Virus genome (UHGV): UHGV-1352141
Length of the DNA stretch: 45,606 bases
DNA from: a virus
Direction: 5' to 3' (one strand)
In this document: positions 34,461-45,257 of the stretch, one piece after another
Layout: each line of letters begins with the position of its first letter
Position numbering within the stretch: position 1 is the first letter of the stretch
Made by a program: the position numbers and the translations under genes
The notes under the pieces: model-generated
Told to the model about the DNA's origin: nothing
The model's input: only the letters and a program-made list of their open reading frames with translations
The model's database searches: none

Positions 34461-37400
34461 ATGGAGCTGGATAGACTTGAAGTCGTTTTTGATGGTGACT
34501 TGAACCCCATTGAGGAAAAGGTCGCACGATTTGAACAAAAGATGGATTCTATGATGAGCCGAGTCAAGAGTTCATCTGGTCAAGGGATGGACGCTGTAGA
34601 AAAAAACTTATCTGATTCAAAAGGGTTCGATAAATTTACCAAACAATTCGAGAAAATGAATTCAAATTTTGATTCTATGCTGAAGAGAATGAATCAATCG
34701 GCGGCAAAAAATGGCGAAGAAGTTGGGAAGTCACTTTCTGCTGGAGTATCCAAAGGCGCTGTTAAAATGACAAAAGATGTTCAAACCGCAGTTGATAAAG
34801 TGAACACGCAAATGCAGCAAGCCAAAGCAGCACAACAACGAATTGCCAACTTGCAGGCTAATAAAAATGGTGCGCGGTTGTCTGGGGATACTAAAAGTGA
34901 ATCGAGAATAGGCGAACAAATTTCAAAAGCTCAAATTCAGATGAACAAGTCGCAACAACAAGCACAAGCGATTGTGCGCGGATTAAAATCCGAATATGAT
35001 GCTATCCCTAATTCTCTGTCTAACATTTCAGCTAAGATGGAAGGCAATGAGCGGCAGATTGAAGCTATGAGAGCTAAAGTTAAGGCTCTGAAAAATGAAA
35101 TGAAGATGCAGCAAACAGAAACAGGAAGTTTCGCATCTGGAAAGTGGAAATCTACAGGGATACAAGATACACCACAATCAACCAAAACCGCTGAAGCTAT
35201 TTCTAAACAATCAGCAAAAATGGAAAAATTGATTGCAGACAATGATGCTTTGCAACGTTCATATGCTCAGTTGGAAGATCGTTCTGGTGTTCTAAAGACA
35301 GCGTTGTCTAGTGTAAATACGGAACTTGGCGAGCAACCTGTAAAAGCTCGTATGGCAGCAAATGGAATGAGGAATCTGTCGGGTTCCACGAAACAATCAG
35401 AAGGACTCTTTTCACGTTTCAAAAATATGATGAGTAATTCTATTGGTAGATTTGGAAGTTTATTTGACAGACAATCGAAACAAGTCACTAGCGGAACATC
35501 TAGAATGGCTCAAGGCATGGGTGGTTTTGGACGCTCCATGAAGATGCTATGGTCGCAGTTATTCTTGTTCACGTTCTTATACCAAGGAATCATGACTCTA
35601 GCTGGCGGGCTTTTTAAAGCGTTACAGACTAACGCACAGTTTTCAGCTAGTTTAAATCAAATTAAGGTCAATTTACTAACTGCATTTTATCCAATTTACC
35701 AAGCAGCTTTGCCAGCGATAAATGCTTTGATGTCGGCCTTAGCTAAAGTTACTGGCTATATTGCTGGATTTATATCCACACTTTTCGGAATGAACATCGG
35801 TGATGCATTCAACGGTGCTCAGGGACTAATGAACAATGTCCAAGCTTTAGATGATACTGGAAGTGCTGCATCTGATGCATCAGATGGATACGATGAGATG
35901 GCTCAATCCATTAAGGATTCAAATAAGCAACTTAAAGATCAGCATGATAGAACAGAAGCAGCTCGAAAAAAAGCAAAAGAATATAAACGTCTTTTAGCTG
36001 GGTTTGATGAATTAAACATTTTGGATTTCAGTGATGACTCTGACGACGAATCAAATGAGTTCATTCCTCAGGAAATTCCAACAAGACCGAAGAATCCGAA
36101 TGGATCTGGTTCTGATCCATGGGCTGACTTTGGATCAGCAGCAGTTCCAGAAACTCCGAAATGGTTAACGGATTTTGCCAAGAAATTTAAAGACATCATG
36201 TCAAAACTCTTTGATCCAATAAAGAAAGCTTGGGACGCTCAAGGAAAACGTGTTATGGATGCGTTCAAGTATTCATTATCTGAAATTGGAAAATTGATTA
36301 AGGCAATTGGTAAATCATTCTTGGAGGTATGGACTAATGGAACCGGACAAAAGTTTGTAGAAAATCTTTTAGTATTATTGGGCGATGTTCTTTATATCAT
36401 TGGTGATATTGCAAGGGCTTTTAGAATTGCTTGGGAAGAAAACGGCCGAGGCACTAAATTGATTCAGCAAATATTTAATGCTTTAAATCAGTGGTTAGAA
36501 GTCTTGCATGATATCGCGGAGTCATTCCGAGAAGTTTGGAATAATGGCACTGGGGTAGAGCTTGCAAGACAATTGATAGAATTCTATACTAAGCTATTTC
36601 ATTTAATAGAAACTATAGGTAAAGTATTTCAAAATGCTTGGAACGACAACGGTCGAGGGACGGCGATCATTCAAGCTATCTTTAACGCGTTATCAGAAGT
36701 TCTTAAGCTAATCAATTCAATCATGACAGCATTTGACAAGGCTTTTGCTTCGGGAATTGGCGAAAGTATTCTAGCTAATATCATGGAGATCATTACGAAT
36801 ATTTTCAATACTGTTGGAAATCTGGCAAAAAGCTTTCGAGAGGCATGGGATGAAAATAACCGAGGTCAAACAATCTTCGAAGGGATTATGAAGATAATTG
36901 ACACAGTCCTTGGGACAATCAAACGAATGACAGGAGCGACTGCAGAGTGGGCTAAGACTCTTGACTTCCGTCCACTCCTTAATTCTATTAATGGGTTACT
37001 TAAATCAATACAACCATTGACAAAAAACATTGGAGATGGGTTGGAATGGTTTTATAATAACGTTCTACTTCCTTTAGCCAAATACACAATTCAAGATTTA
37101 ATTCCAGCATTTCTTAAAGCATTAAGTGGTGCACTAGATGCACTTAACGGGATAATCAATGGATGTAAACCTGCTTTTGATTTCTTTTGGAATTCCATGC
37201 TCAAACCAATTGCTGAATGGACTGGAGGAGTAATCGTTGATGTATTGAAAAAACTAGGTGACGCTCTTTCGGGTATTGGGGATTGGATATCTGAACATCA
37301 AGAAGGATTTTCTACATTTGTAACTGTTTTCGGAACTTTTGCAGGGGTTCTTTTAGCTATTAGTAAATTAGCTGGTTTGGCAGAAGTTCTTGTAGGAGTT

Positions 37401-39119
37401 TTTAACTTTATTACTTCAATAAAAAGTCTAGCCGGAGCATTGTCTTTAGTTAAATTTGGACTTGAAGCGTTTATGACTGCTCTTGGAGGACCATGGGCCA
37501 TTGCGATAGGCGCAGCCATTGCCGTTGGTGTTTTGTTATGGCAAAATTGGGATACCATCAAAGAGAAAGCTAGCCAGTTGAAAGACTGGATCGGTGAAAA
37601 ATGGGAAGGTATAAAGACGGCAACATCTAATGCTTGGAATAATGTCAAAAATTGGACTTCGGAAAAATGGAATGCAGCGAAAGATGCTGTGACTAGTAAA
37701 GCAGGTGAAATTTATACCGCCGCTAAAGATAAATTTACGAATACTGCAAATACAGTTCGCGATAAAGCAGGTCAAGCAAAAGATTGGGTTTCTAGCAAAT
37801 GGTCTGATTTAAAGAATTCCACTTCAACTAAATTTGAAGAAATACGTTCAACTGCTGGTTCGAAAATGAACAGCGCAGCTGAAGCGGTTAGGTCTGGTGC
37901 AGAGACAGCTAAAAGTAAAGCTGTTTCTGCATTTTCAAGTTTGAAGGATGGAGTCGGAGGACATTTAAATTCAATAAAAACTACAGCTTCAGAAGTCTTT
38001 AAGAAAGTAGGGGGATGGGCGTCCGATTTACCTGGTGATATTGCAAAAGGCCTGTCTAGCGGTCTTAATACGATTAAACAAGCCATGAACAATATTGCCA
38101 ATGGATTAGCCTCTGGAATAGGAAAAGGTGTTAATGGCATTATCTCTGGAGTTAACTGGGTTATGAGTAGTTTAGGTGCAGGTTGGCGATTATCTTCTTG
38201 GCACGTACCATATTTCAGTTATGCAACTGGGACGAGTTTTCATCCAGGCGGATTAGCTATGGTAAATGACGGAGATGGCAGCAATTGGCGTGAGATGTAT
38301 AAGTTGCCAAGTGGTCAGATTGGCATGTTCCCTAAACAAAAGGATTACATGGTTAACCTTCCCAAAGGTACCCAAGTCCTAAATGGTAGGGACACCAATA
38401 ACTTTATGAATAATATTCCTCACTATAAAGGTGGATTAATCGACAGTGTTAAGAATTTCTTTGGTTCGATAAGTCCGAGTGCTTTATTAGATCGAGCATT
38501 CGAAAAATTCGTTGATGTAGCAGGTATACCTGAACCAGGAGCTTCGATGGCTCTAGGCGCGGCTAAGAGAATTAAATCAAGTGCTTTTCGTGTCGTGAGT
38601 GATCGTATTTCTGAACTATTCAGACTCGATCGAGAAAACGAAAGTAAGAAAAAGGGATTTGCTAACGGAGGTAGAGTAGATCAGTTTGGCTGGTACAAAA
38701 TGTCTGAAGGCAATAACACTGAATGGGTTGTTCCAGTAACTAAGCCAGAACTAGCCTTTCAAAGAATCAACGAAGCGCTTGATTTCATGGGGTATGATGG
38801 TATCCCTGATTTAACAATGCCAGAAGTATTTAGAGATTCATCTGATAGTTATACTGGTTCAAGTTCATCTGGTAAAAAGAATAAAGGTTTTTCTATTACT
38901 GGTAATGGGATGGAAAACTTATCAGATAATCTACTTTCAAGTCTTGGTAATACAATCGCGAATGCCATTATTAACGCGCTCTCTAATTTGGATCTGAAGG
39001 GGAACGACGGGCCCTTGGAAGTTGTTCTAGAGGTAGATTCAACTAGATTAGGACAAGTAACTGTACGAGGCATTAATCAGTATCATGAACAGATAGGAAA
39101 TGTAGAACTAAACTTATAA
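34461..39119 (+). CDS. Tape measure protein (1552 aa)
   Basis: Coiled-coil N-terminus, hydrophobic segments, about 36-aa tandem repeats (...FREVWNNGTG...), Trp-periodic repeats (KDWIGEKWEG...). AAGGAGGG ribosome-binding site. Confidence 0.9.
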   Translation: MELDRLEVVFDGDLNPIEEKVARFEQKMDSMMSRVKSSSGQGMDAVEKNLSDSKGFDKFTKQFEKMNSNFDSMLKRMNQSAAKNGEEVGKSLSAGVSKGAVKMTKDVQTAVDKVNTQMQQAKAAQQRIANLQANKNGARLSGDTKSESRIGEQISKAQIQMNKSQQQAQAIVRGLKSEYDAIPNSLSNISAKMEGNERQIEAMRAKVKALKNEMKMQQTETGSFASGKWKSTGIQDTPQSTKTAEAISKQSAKMEKLIADNDALQRSYAQLEDRSGVLKTALSSVNTELGEQPVKARMAANGMRNLSGSTKQSEGLFSRFKNMMSNSIGRFGSLFDRQSKQVTSGTSRMAQGMGGFGRSMKMLWSQLFLFTFLYQGIMTLAGGLFKALQTNAQFSASLNQIKVNLLTAFYPIYQAALPAINALMSALAKVTGYIAGFISTLFGMNIGDAFNGAQGLMNNVQALDDTGSAASDASDGYDEMAQSIKDSNKQLKDQHDRTEAARKKAKEYKRLLAGFDELNILDFSDDSDDESNEFIPQEIPTRPKNPNGSGSDPWADFGSAAVPETPKWLTDFAKKFKDIMSKLFDPIKKAWDAQGKRVMDAFKYSLSEIGKLIKAIGKSFLEVWTNGTGQKFVENLLVLLGDVLYIIGDIARAFRIAWEENGRGTKLIQQIFNALNQWLEVLHDIAESFREVWNNGTGVELARQLIEFYTKLFHLIETIGKVFQNAWNDNGRGTAIIQAIFNALSEVLKLINSIMTAFDKAFASGIGESILANIMEIITNIFNTVGNLAKSFREAWDENNRGQTIFEGIMKIIDTVLGTIKRMTGATAEWAKTLDFRPLLNSINGLLKSIQPLTKNIGDGLEWFYNNVLLPLAKYTIQDLIPAFLKALSGALDALNGIINGCKPAFDFFWNSMLKPIAEWTGGVIVDVLKKLGDALSGIGDWISEHQEGFSTFVTVFGTFAGVLLAISKLAGLAEVLVGVFNFITSIKSLAGALSLVKFGLEAFMTALGGPWAIAIGAAIAVGVLLWQNWDTIKEKASQLKDWIGEKWEGIKTATSNAWNNVKNWTSEKWNAAKDAVTSKAGEIYTAAKDKFTNTANTVRDKAGQAKDWVSSKWSDLKNSTSTKFEEIRSTAGSKMNSAAEAVRSGAETAKSKAVSAFSSLKDGVGGHLNSIKTTASEVFKKVGGWASDLPGDIAKGLSSGLNTIKQAMNNIANGLASGIGKGVNGIISGVNWVMSSLGAGWRLSSWHVPYFSYATGTSFHPGGLAMVNDGDGSNWREMYKLPSGQIGMFPKQKDYMVNLPKGTQVLNGRDTNNFMNNIPHYKGGLIDSVKNFFGSISPSALLDRAFEKFVDVAGIPEPGASMALGAAKRIKSSAFRVVSDRISELFRLDRENESKKKGFANGGRVDQFGWYKMSEGNNTEWVVPVTKPELAFQRINEALDFMGYDGIPDLTMPEVFRDSSDSYTGSSSSGKKNKGFSITGNGMENLSDNLLSSLGNTIANAIINALSNLDLKGNDGPLEVVLEVDSTRLGQVTVRGINQYHEQIGNVELNL

Positions 39120-39131
39120 GGAGATGAGCTA

Positions 39132-39491
39132 ATGGATTTCTTGATATCAGGGTCAAATGTAGTAACACCAAAAGAATTATCTGTCAGCATACAAACCTTA
39201 GACAGTGGTTCTAGCGGAAGAAATGCTAATGGAGATATGGTTCGCGATATTCTCGGAAGAAAAACTAAATTAGATGTAAAATGGGGACCTTTGGAAATTT
39301 CAGAGGTCTCTTTAATTTTGCGTTTAATTGATTCTGCCTTTTTTACAGTAAGGTATTTTGACCCACAGGAGGCAGGATTGATTACAAAAACATTTTACTG
39401 TGGTGATAGAGTAGTACCTGTTTACTCTTGGAATGAAAAATTCTCGAAGATGATGTGGCAAGGCTTGTCCGTATCGTTAATTGAAAAGTAG
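39132..39491 (+). CDS. Small tail protein, possibly a reduced distal tail protein
   Basis: Position immediately after the tape measure. Only 119 aa, short for a Dit protein. Confidence 0.4.
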   Translation: MDFLISGSNVVTPKELSVSIQTLDSGSSGRNANGDMVRDILGRKTKLDVKWGPLEISEVSLILRLIDSAFFTVRYFDPQEAGLITKTFYCGDRVVPVYSWNEKFSKMMWQGLSVSLIEK

Positions 39492-39502
39492 GTGAATACT
39501 GA

Positions 39503-42124
39503 ATGCTGATAGTTTCAAATGAATTCTTTGAAGCCTGTAAAGATAAAGAAAGGGAAGCTTTTGCACGCATCATTGTTAATGATAAAGTCATATATCTTAA
39601 AGATAAAATAAAGAAAATTGATTATTCAATGGGGGCCTTGGGAGGAGAAAGTTTCCAGATTGGGTCAACGCAATCAGCCACAGTTAAAATTGTTTTTTCT
39701 GAAATTATTGAAGGGTTAAAAGAACTAGACGAGATCAAGGTAGAAGTAGGATTTAAAATAAGAGGAACCGGCTTGCCATCAAATATCAATCATGTTTCAA
39801 AAGTTGATCGAGCAAAAGTTGGAAGAGCAAGATTGGTGAGCTATGTTCCCGATAGATATGAATTTGTTCCTCTAGGAACGTTTTACATTAGTGGTCGAGT
39901 TGATCCCGACAGGAATGAAAAGACTACAACTGTTGAAGCTAGAGACGGATTTATTTTTTTGGAAGACAAATATGAGTCCGAGTTGAAATATCCAACAAAA
40001 TTAGCAGACATTGCTTTAGAAATAGCAAACAAAAGTGGAAGTATTATCGATCCTGTTTCGTTTAACCATTTGAGTAATTACACGATAAATAAGTTTGAGG
40101 GATACACATATCGGCAAGCAATAGGTTTAGTCGGACAATTTGAAGGTGGGTTTGTTTGTTTTGATAGAGAAGGTAGACTGTCAATTCGAAAACTAGCAGA
40201 CCCGAACTTTAAGATTGAACCAAATGAATACTTTTTAAAAGGCCTTGTAAAAAGTGAATTACTTTATCAACCTAGAGGGATTACATGTAAAGTTGTTAAC
40301 CAAACTAATGAATCTAGTAATGAAACAGTTATTCTTCAATCAGGGTCAACAAATGGTGCGCAGATTTCTCTGGAAAATAATGCGATGACTCAGATTTTAT
40401 TAGATGATGTTTTCCAGAAAATAAGATACATCAATTTTTACCCAATCAGTTTGAAGTGGCGAGGGAATCCAGCTTTAGAGGTTGGAGACTGGGTAACTAT
40501 GACAGATAGAGAGGGAAATAAATTTAAATCTCCTGTTCTAAATTATACGATGTCTTTCGACGGTGGTTTCAGTTCAACTATTAGTGCTGACACTAAAGCT
40601 TATTCAGCTAACGTCTCATCATTCAAAGGACCGTTGCAACAAAAGCTTGATGACATCGATTATAGAATCGATGCAGCTGGCAAGAACAATGTTTATGAAG
40701 GAACAGAGGAACCGACAAATCCAAAAGAAGGCGACATCTGGTTTAAAAAGAATGGACCAGATGATGAGATATGGGTTTATAAGCAAACGGCACCTGGAGT
40801 ATTCGAGTGGGTAATGACGACATCCACCGCTTTAGAGGAAAGTATCAAAGAGCAAATTGAAAACTCGACTCCTAAAGATGAAATAGTTAAAACCATTAAT
40901 CTGAGTGATGAGATGGATGGTAAAGAGTGGCTGAAAATTAAAGGCGCAAAATTATGGCTAACTAACGAGACGAAGATTGACAAAGCTATAATCACATCGG
41001 CAATGATTGGATCAGTTGATGCTGGAACAATTAGTGTTGGTACTCTAGATGCTTCTAAAATAAGAGTCGTCAATCTTGACGCTTCATCTATATCCACTGG
41101 AACGTTGAATGCTATAACGATTAAAGGGGCGACTATAACAGGATCTAAAATCACGTCAACTGGTACGGATTATAATATGACCTTAGATAACGGAGCAATT
41201 CGGTGGAACAGAAAGTCTGATGGAAAAAAAGTATTCGAAATATATAGTGCGATCAGAAATCAAAATGAAGGTGTCATGTATTTTGCAGTTGAAGACGGCG
41301 GAACCTTCAATTTGAAAAGCAATAAACTGAATAGGAATTTTATCACTGCATATGGTTCAACCAGCAATATGCAATTAAACCTTGATTTAGATAGATTAAG
41401 TCTTTATTCATCAACTGGGAATACTTTAAGTTTTAGTGTTGAACGAACTGGTTTTTCTTATAGTACGAACGACAATGGGACATATAGAAATTTGTATTTA
41501 CGTAACAATTCGTTCAGAGCAGATATTGGAGGTAACAAATATCTGAACTTAACGAATACTGGTTTTTCAATAAATACTGAAGGCATAATGAGCTTTATGA
41601 CAAACAACTCAATCCAATTGAGAGGAACATCGGCAAGAATCATGAGCGATGCTTCAGTTGATAAATCATTTTATGTGTATGGGACAAAAAGCTCCATTGT
41701 AAGGACTGAAAATTTTGGTGAGCGTTTGCTATATGCTTATGAAACACCAGAATATTTATTTGCGACATATGGTAAGGCAATTACTGATGAAAATGGGTTT
41801 ATAGAGATTGAAATTGAACCAATATTTTTAGAAACAATCAATACTGATTCAAAAAACTATCATGTTTTTGTTACACCATATGAGAATGCAAATGTTCATG
41901 CGTGCCATTTAGAGCGTGATCGTTTCATGGTTAAGTCTGACAAACCTAACATAGAATTTAGTTGGCAAATAGTAGCTTATAGAAAAGGATACGAAGAATT
42001 TTATTTGGAAACTCTATCCAGCAATAACGATAAAGCGCCAAATTTGCTTCAATATCCAATAAGTATTTCTGACATGACAGAGAAAAACTCTAATCAAATA
42101 TTAAATTACGAGAAGGTGAATTAA
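39503..42124 (+). CDS. Tail-associated protein / prophage tail endopeptidase family (Tal-like)
   Basis: N-terminal region resembles the Prophage_tail family. 873 aa with a C-terminal beta-rich region. Confidence 0.7.
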   Translation: MLIVSNEFFEACKDKEREAFARIIVNDKVIYLKDKIKKIDYSMGALGGESFQIGSTQSATVKIVFSEIIEGLKELDEIKVEVGFKIRGTGLPSNINHVSKVDRAKVGRARLVSYVPDRYEFVPLGTFYISGRVDPDRNEKTTTVEARDGFIFLEDKYESELKYPTKLADIALEIANKSGSIIDPVSFNHLSNYTINKFEGYTYRQAIGLVGQFEGGFVCFDREGRLSIRKLADPNFKIEPNEYFLKGLVKSELLYQPRGITCKVVNQTNESSNETVILQSGSTNGAQISLENNAMTQILLDDVFQKIRYINFYPISLKWRGNPALEVGDWVTMTDREGNKFKSPVLNYTMSFDGGFSSTISADTKAYSANVSSFKGPLQQKLDDIDYRIDAAGKNNVYEGTEEPTNPKEGDIWFKKNGPDDEIWVYKQTAPGVFEWVMTTSTALEESIKEQIENSTPKDEIVKTINLSDEMDGKEWLKIKGAKLWLTNETKIDKAIITSAMIGSVDAGTISVGTLDASKIRVVNLDASSISTGTLNAITIKGATITGSKITSTGTDYNMTLDNGAIRWNRKSDGKKVFEIYSAIRNQNEGVMYFAVEDGGTFNLKSNKLNRNFITAYGSTSNMQLNLDLDRLSLYSSTGNTLSFSVERTGFSYSTNDNGTYRNLYLRNNSFRADIGGNKYLNLTNTGFSINTEGIMSFMTNNSIQLRGTSARIMSDASVDKSFYVYGTKSSIVRTENFGERLLYAYETPEYLFATYGKAITDENGFIEIEIEPIFLETINTDSKNYHVFVTPYENANVHACHLERDRFMVKSDKPNIEFSWQIVAYRKGYEEFYLETLSSNNDKAPNLLQYPISISDMTEKNSNQILNYEKVN

Positions 42125-42277
42125 ATGAATAAGGATGGTTTTGAAGTAAATGCGGAAAGCGTTATTGATCAATTATTAAAAAGACTGTCTCAAGTAGAGT
42201 TGGAAAATGCTTCACTAAAAGTAGCTCTTGATCAGGTTTCGGTTAATAAACAAAACGTTACAAAAGAAGGTGAGTAA
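42125..42277 (+). CDS. Small ORF (50 aa) between Tal and the tail fibre
   Basis: GAAGGTGA ribosome-binding site. Coiled-coil-like. Confidence 0.4.
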   Translation: MNKDGFEVNAESVIDQLLKRLSQVELENASLKVALDQVSVNKQNVTKEGE

Positions 42278-43312
42278 ATGGCTTATGAAAAGCAAAATTG
42301 GATTTCGTATGATGACAATAAAACAGAAGAGCAAAATATTCAGGACGGTGCGGTTGTTACTGCCGAAAGAATGAATCATTTGGAGACAGGGTTAGACGAA
42401 CACGATAAAAATACTACTAATCCGCACAAGGTAAATAAAGATCAGGTTGGCTTAGGTAATGTAACAAATGTGGAGCAAGCTAGTAAAACGGAGTTTAATT
42501 CTCACACATCGAATAAAACTAATCCACATGGCGTTACTAAAACACAAGTGGGGCTAGGAAACGTATCAAATGTGGAGCAAGCCAGTAAAACGGAGTTCAA
42601 TAGTCATGTTGCTGATAAAACGAATCCGCATTCCGTAACGAAGGCTCAAGTTAACCTCGGTAACGTCGACAACTACGCTACTGCCAATCAGACTGATGCG
42701 GAACAGGGGCTTGCAGGAAATAAATTTATTACGCCAATGGGTGTAAAGCAGCATGTAGATAAGCGTATAGCGACGCAGGAAGAAGTAAACGCAGGGGAAG
42801 CAAGGGATAAAATTGTTAGTCCTAAGACGCTTGATAAAAAGTTAGATGATTTAAATGTATCAGGTGGTTTTGGTGCATTTAACATGAGTGTTTTCAATGG
42901 GGAGCAAGGACAAATAACTGGTAGTGGAATTCATGGGAAAGAGGTCAAATCAGGAACTCAAGTGCTACACATGCGGCCAGATGACCCAGTGGCAGAGAGA
43001 GCGTCCAATGGTCGGATTAAAATCCAAAAAGCTGGTACGTATTTATTTATCATTCACACGTGGTATCAAATAGGCACACAAACAAATGGTTACCTGTATT
43101 TCAATTTGTTAAAGAATGGCTCTCGTGCCGGCAACAATGATCGAGTGACTGGTCAAGGGGTAGATGCACTCAAGAATAGATGGGACGGCACAGGGCAGTG
43201 TGTAAACACAGCGAATGCAGGAGATGAGTTTTCTGTAGGTATTGAAACCAATATTACCGGCAGTTTCACGAATGTTGGCACAAAAACTATTACAGTTATC
43301 AAATTAGCATAG
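42278..43312 (+). CDS. Tail fibre / receptor-binding protein with three 34-aa tandem repeats
   Basis: The unit TNPHxVxKxQVGLGNVxNVEQASKTEFNSH occurs three times. AAGAAGGTGAG ribosome-binding site. Confidence 0.7.
   Translation: MAYEKQNWISYDDNKTEEQNIQDGAVVTAERMNHLETGLDEHDKNTTNPHKVNKDQVGLGNVTNVEQASKTEFNSHTSNKTNPHGVTKTQVGLGNVSNVEQASKTEFNSHVADKTNPHSVTKAQVNLGNVDNYATANQTDAEQGLAGNKFITPMGVKQHVDKRIATQEEVNAGEARDKIVSPKTLDKKLDDLNVSGGFGAFNMSVFNGEQGQITGSGIHGKEVKSGTQVLHMRPDDPVAERASNGRIKIQKAGTYLFIIHTWYQIGTQTNGYLYFNLLKNGSRAGNNDRVTGQGVDALKNRWDGTGQCVNTANAGDEFSVGIETNITGSFTNVGTKTITVIKLA
42416..42700 (+). repeat. 102-bp tandem repeats (about 2.8 copies) inside the tail fibre gene
   Basis: Units start at 42416, 42518 and 42620. 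Confidence 0.7.
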
Positions 43313-43382
43313 ATAAATAAGCAACGATTTAGCACACTTTCGAGTGTGCTTTTTCAATTATTGAAAGGAAGGCGGAAGGCAT

Positions 43383-43721
43383 GTGTTAGAAAAATTTCTG
43401 GAAATTAACAGTTTCTTGATGGCAATTGGATTAGGGGGATTCTTAAAGATTTTCCACAATATTTATAAAGCGGTCAAGGGAAATAAGGATCAAACGGAAA
43501 ATAGATTCAAACGTTTGGAATATGCGAATGTAGCCATTCTGCATGACAAAATTTATAAGCAATGCTCCGAATTTTTGGAGCAGGGTTGGATTTCTATAGA
43601 TGATCTCGAAAACTTAGAGTATTTATGGCGTGGTTATCGGGAACTTGGCGGTAACGGAACTGGCGAAACACTGTATAAAAAAGTGTTGGATTTGCCGAAT
43701 AAACTAAAGGAGGAAAACTAA
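43383..43721 (+). CDS. Membrane-anchored protein upstream of the holin (possibly lysis-associated)
   Basis: N-terminal transmembrane segment FLMAIGLGGFLKIF. Confidence 0.45.
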   Translation: MLEKFLEINSFLMAIGLGGFLKIFHNIYKAVKGNKDQTENRFKRLEYANVAILHDKIYKQCSEFLEQGWISIDDLENLEYLWRGYRELGGNGTGETLYKKVLDLPNKLKEEN

Positions 43722-43723
43722 TT

Positions 43724-43993
43724 ATGGATTTATCATTTATCACAGAAAATTTCGTACCAGTGATTGTGGTGGCGTGTTTAATTGTGGGGCATGTAATTAA
43801 GGTGACGCCACTATTCAATAAAGTAGCAAATGCTTATATCCCATTGATTGTAGCAGCGTTAGGAGCGATTTTGGGCGGTGTTATGAACGGTATAGATGTG
43901 GAGTCAATTGTTTATGGCGCAGTGAGTGGTTTAGCTTCTACAGGCTTGCATCAAATGTTTTCAAAATTATTGAATTTAGGAGGGAATGAGTAA
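43724..43993 (+). CDS. Holin
   Basis: 89 aa with two transmembrane segments and a charged C-terminus. Immediately upstream of the endolysin. Confidence 0.65.
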   Translation: MDLSFITENFVPVIVVACLIVGHVIKVTPLFNKVANAYIPLIVAALGAILGGVMNGIDVESIVYGAVSGLASTGLHQMFSKLLNLGGNE

Positions 43994-44110
43994 CATGGAC
44001 ATGAAAAAAGCGAAGGAACTTTACGAAAAATCAGATGATAAAAATGTTGGTCTGCAACCTCAACCAAAAGAAATCGAAAACGTCAAAGAAGGAAGAGAGG
44101 AGAAAAAATA

Positions 44111-45124
44111 ATGGCTATTAATATCGAAAAAGGATTAGCTGTCGTTCAAAAATTTGTAAATAATTGCTACTACAGCATGTATGGTTCTCGTTATTACACA
44201 GATGGTACATGCGACTGTTCAGGCTCTGTTTATCGTATTTTACGTGAATCTGGTGGTTTTAACTATGGATATATTCCTAGCACTGAAACGCTACATGACT
44301 ATCTTCTAAAGCTAGGGTATGAAAAGATCGCAGAAAATACAGACTTTCCAATGCAACGCGGCGATGTAATTATTTGGGGGAAAAAGGGTTACTCTGCAGG
44401 GGCAGGCGGTCATACAGGCGTAGCACTAGATAATCAAAACTGGATTGAATGCACTGGTTGGAAAATGACTACGATCATTGCTAATCACGATCAACGATGG
44501 GTGATGGCCGGATGTCCTTATTTTTATGCGTACCGTTTAAAAACTGGAGCATCTAGCTCAACATCGTCGAATACAGCGACAACAACACCTGCAACTGGAA
44601 ATAAAAGCGGTATCGCGATTGACAACGTGTCGAAAGATCAAGCGGTTAAAATGGTGCAACGCATTCAAACACGATATGCATGGACTTTATTGCGCGATCA
44701 AGTAAAACGAGTGTTGCAGCCGAACAAGGTTTATACTTTAGTAATCTCGTGCGATTCTAAGTGGAAGTACGAAAACGCTGTAAATCGTTTGAAGCAGGAA
44801 CTTAAGACATACTATCCTGGATATATGCAACAGAACATTGCGATTGTTGATGGAGATAAACCTATCATTAAAATTGAGGCTAGAAATCTCAACGACGCAC
44901 AAAGTAAAAAGATGGAAGATCATATGCGCAACTTCCTGAAAGATGTATTGTTGGATAAACAAACGTATGCTGAGGCTAATAGTTACGGTACTTGGGATGT
45001 GCGCGTAAGAGGTGAAGGCTTTAACGATCACGACGCACCAATCGTCTTGAAAGAAATTCAGGAGATGGGTAAAGCGAAAGACGTGAAGATTAATCCGGCA
45101 CATATAAAAGGATTTAGATATTAG
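44111..45124 (+). CDS. Endolysin with an N-terminal papain-like NlpC/P60 or CHAP-type peptidase domain
   Basis: DCSGSVYRIL (catalytic Cys) and GHTGVAL (His). Ser/Thr-rich linker. C-terminal putative cell-wall-binding region. Confidence 0.8.
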   Translation: MAINIEKGLAVVQKFVNNCYYSMYGSRYYTDGTCDCSGSVYRILRESGGFNYGYIPSTETLHDYLLKLGYEKIAENTDFPMQRGDVIIWGKKGYSAGAGGHTGVALDNQNWIECTGWKMTTIIANHDQRWVMAGCPYFYAYRLKTGASSSTSSNTATTTPATGNKSGIAIDNVSKDQAVKMVQRIQTRYAWTLLRDQVKRVLQPNKVYTLVISCDSKWKYENAVNRLKQELKTYYPGYMQQNIAIVDGDKPIIKIEARNLNDAQSKKMEDHMRNFLKDVLLDKQTYAEANSYGTWDVRVRGEGFNDHDAPIVLKEIQEMGKAKDVKINPAHIKGFRY

Positions 45125-45197
45125 AATACGCTTGAAAAAAATAATTTTTAGTAGTACTCTATACGTACCAAGAGCAAACCTTTTAGTTTTTCATTTA

Positions 45198-45236
45198 AGA
45201 TCAGCCGTTTCTTTATTGTGGCTGATCTTTTGTTTT
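45198..45236 (+). terminator. Intrinsic terminator after the endolysin
   Basis: AGATCAGCC / GGCTGATCT stem followed by TTTGTTTT. Confidence 0.7.
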
Positions 45237-45257
45237 GTACCCTTAGCTCAGCTGGTG
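45237..45257 (+). other. 21-nt fragment copying the 5' end of the tRNA (acceptor plus D-arm)
   Basis: GTACCCTTAGCTCAGCTGGTG. The acceptor GTACCCT is the perfect complement of the AGGGTAC at 45..51. Confidence 0.6.

Noticed and set aside
34731-38140. Minus-strand ORFs inside the tape measure gene (34731..34919, 34937..35242, 35267..35488, 37298..37648, 37536..37775, 37772..38140)
   Set aside because: They lie fully antisense within a long, clearly coding plus-strand gene, have no ribosome-binding sites, and their composition reflects the opposite-strand codons.
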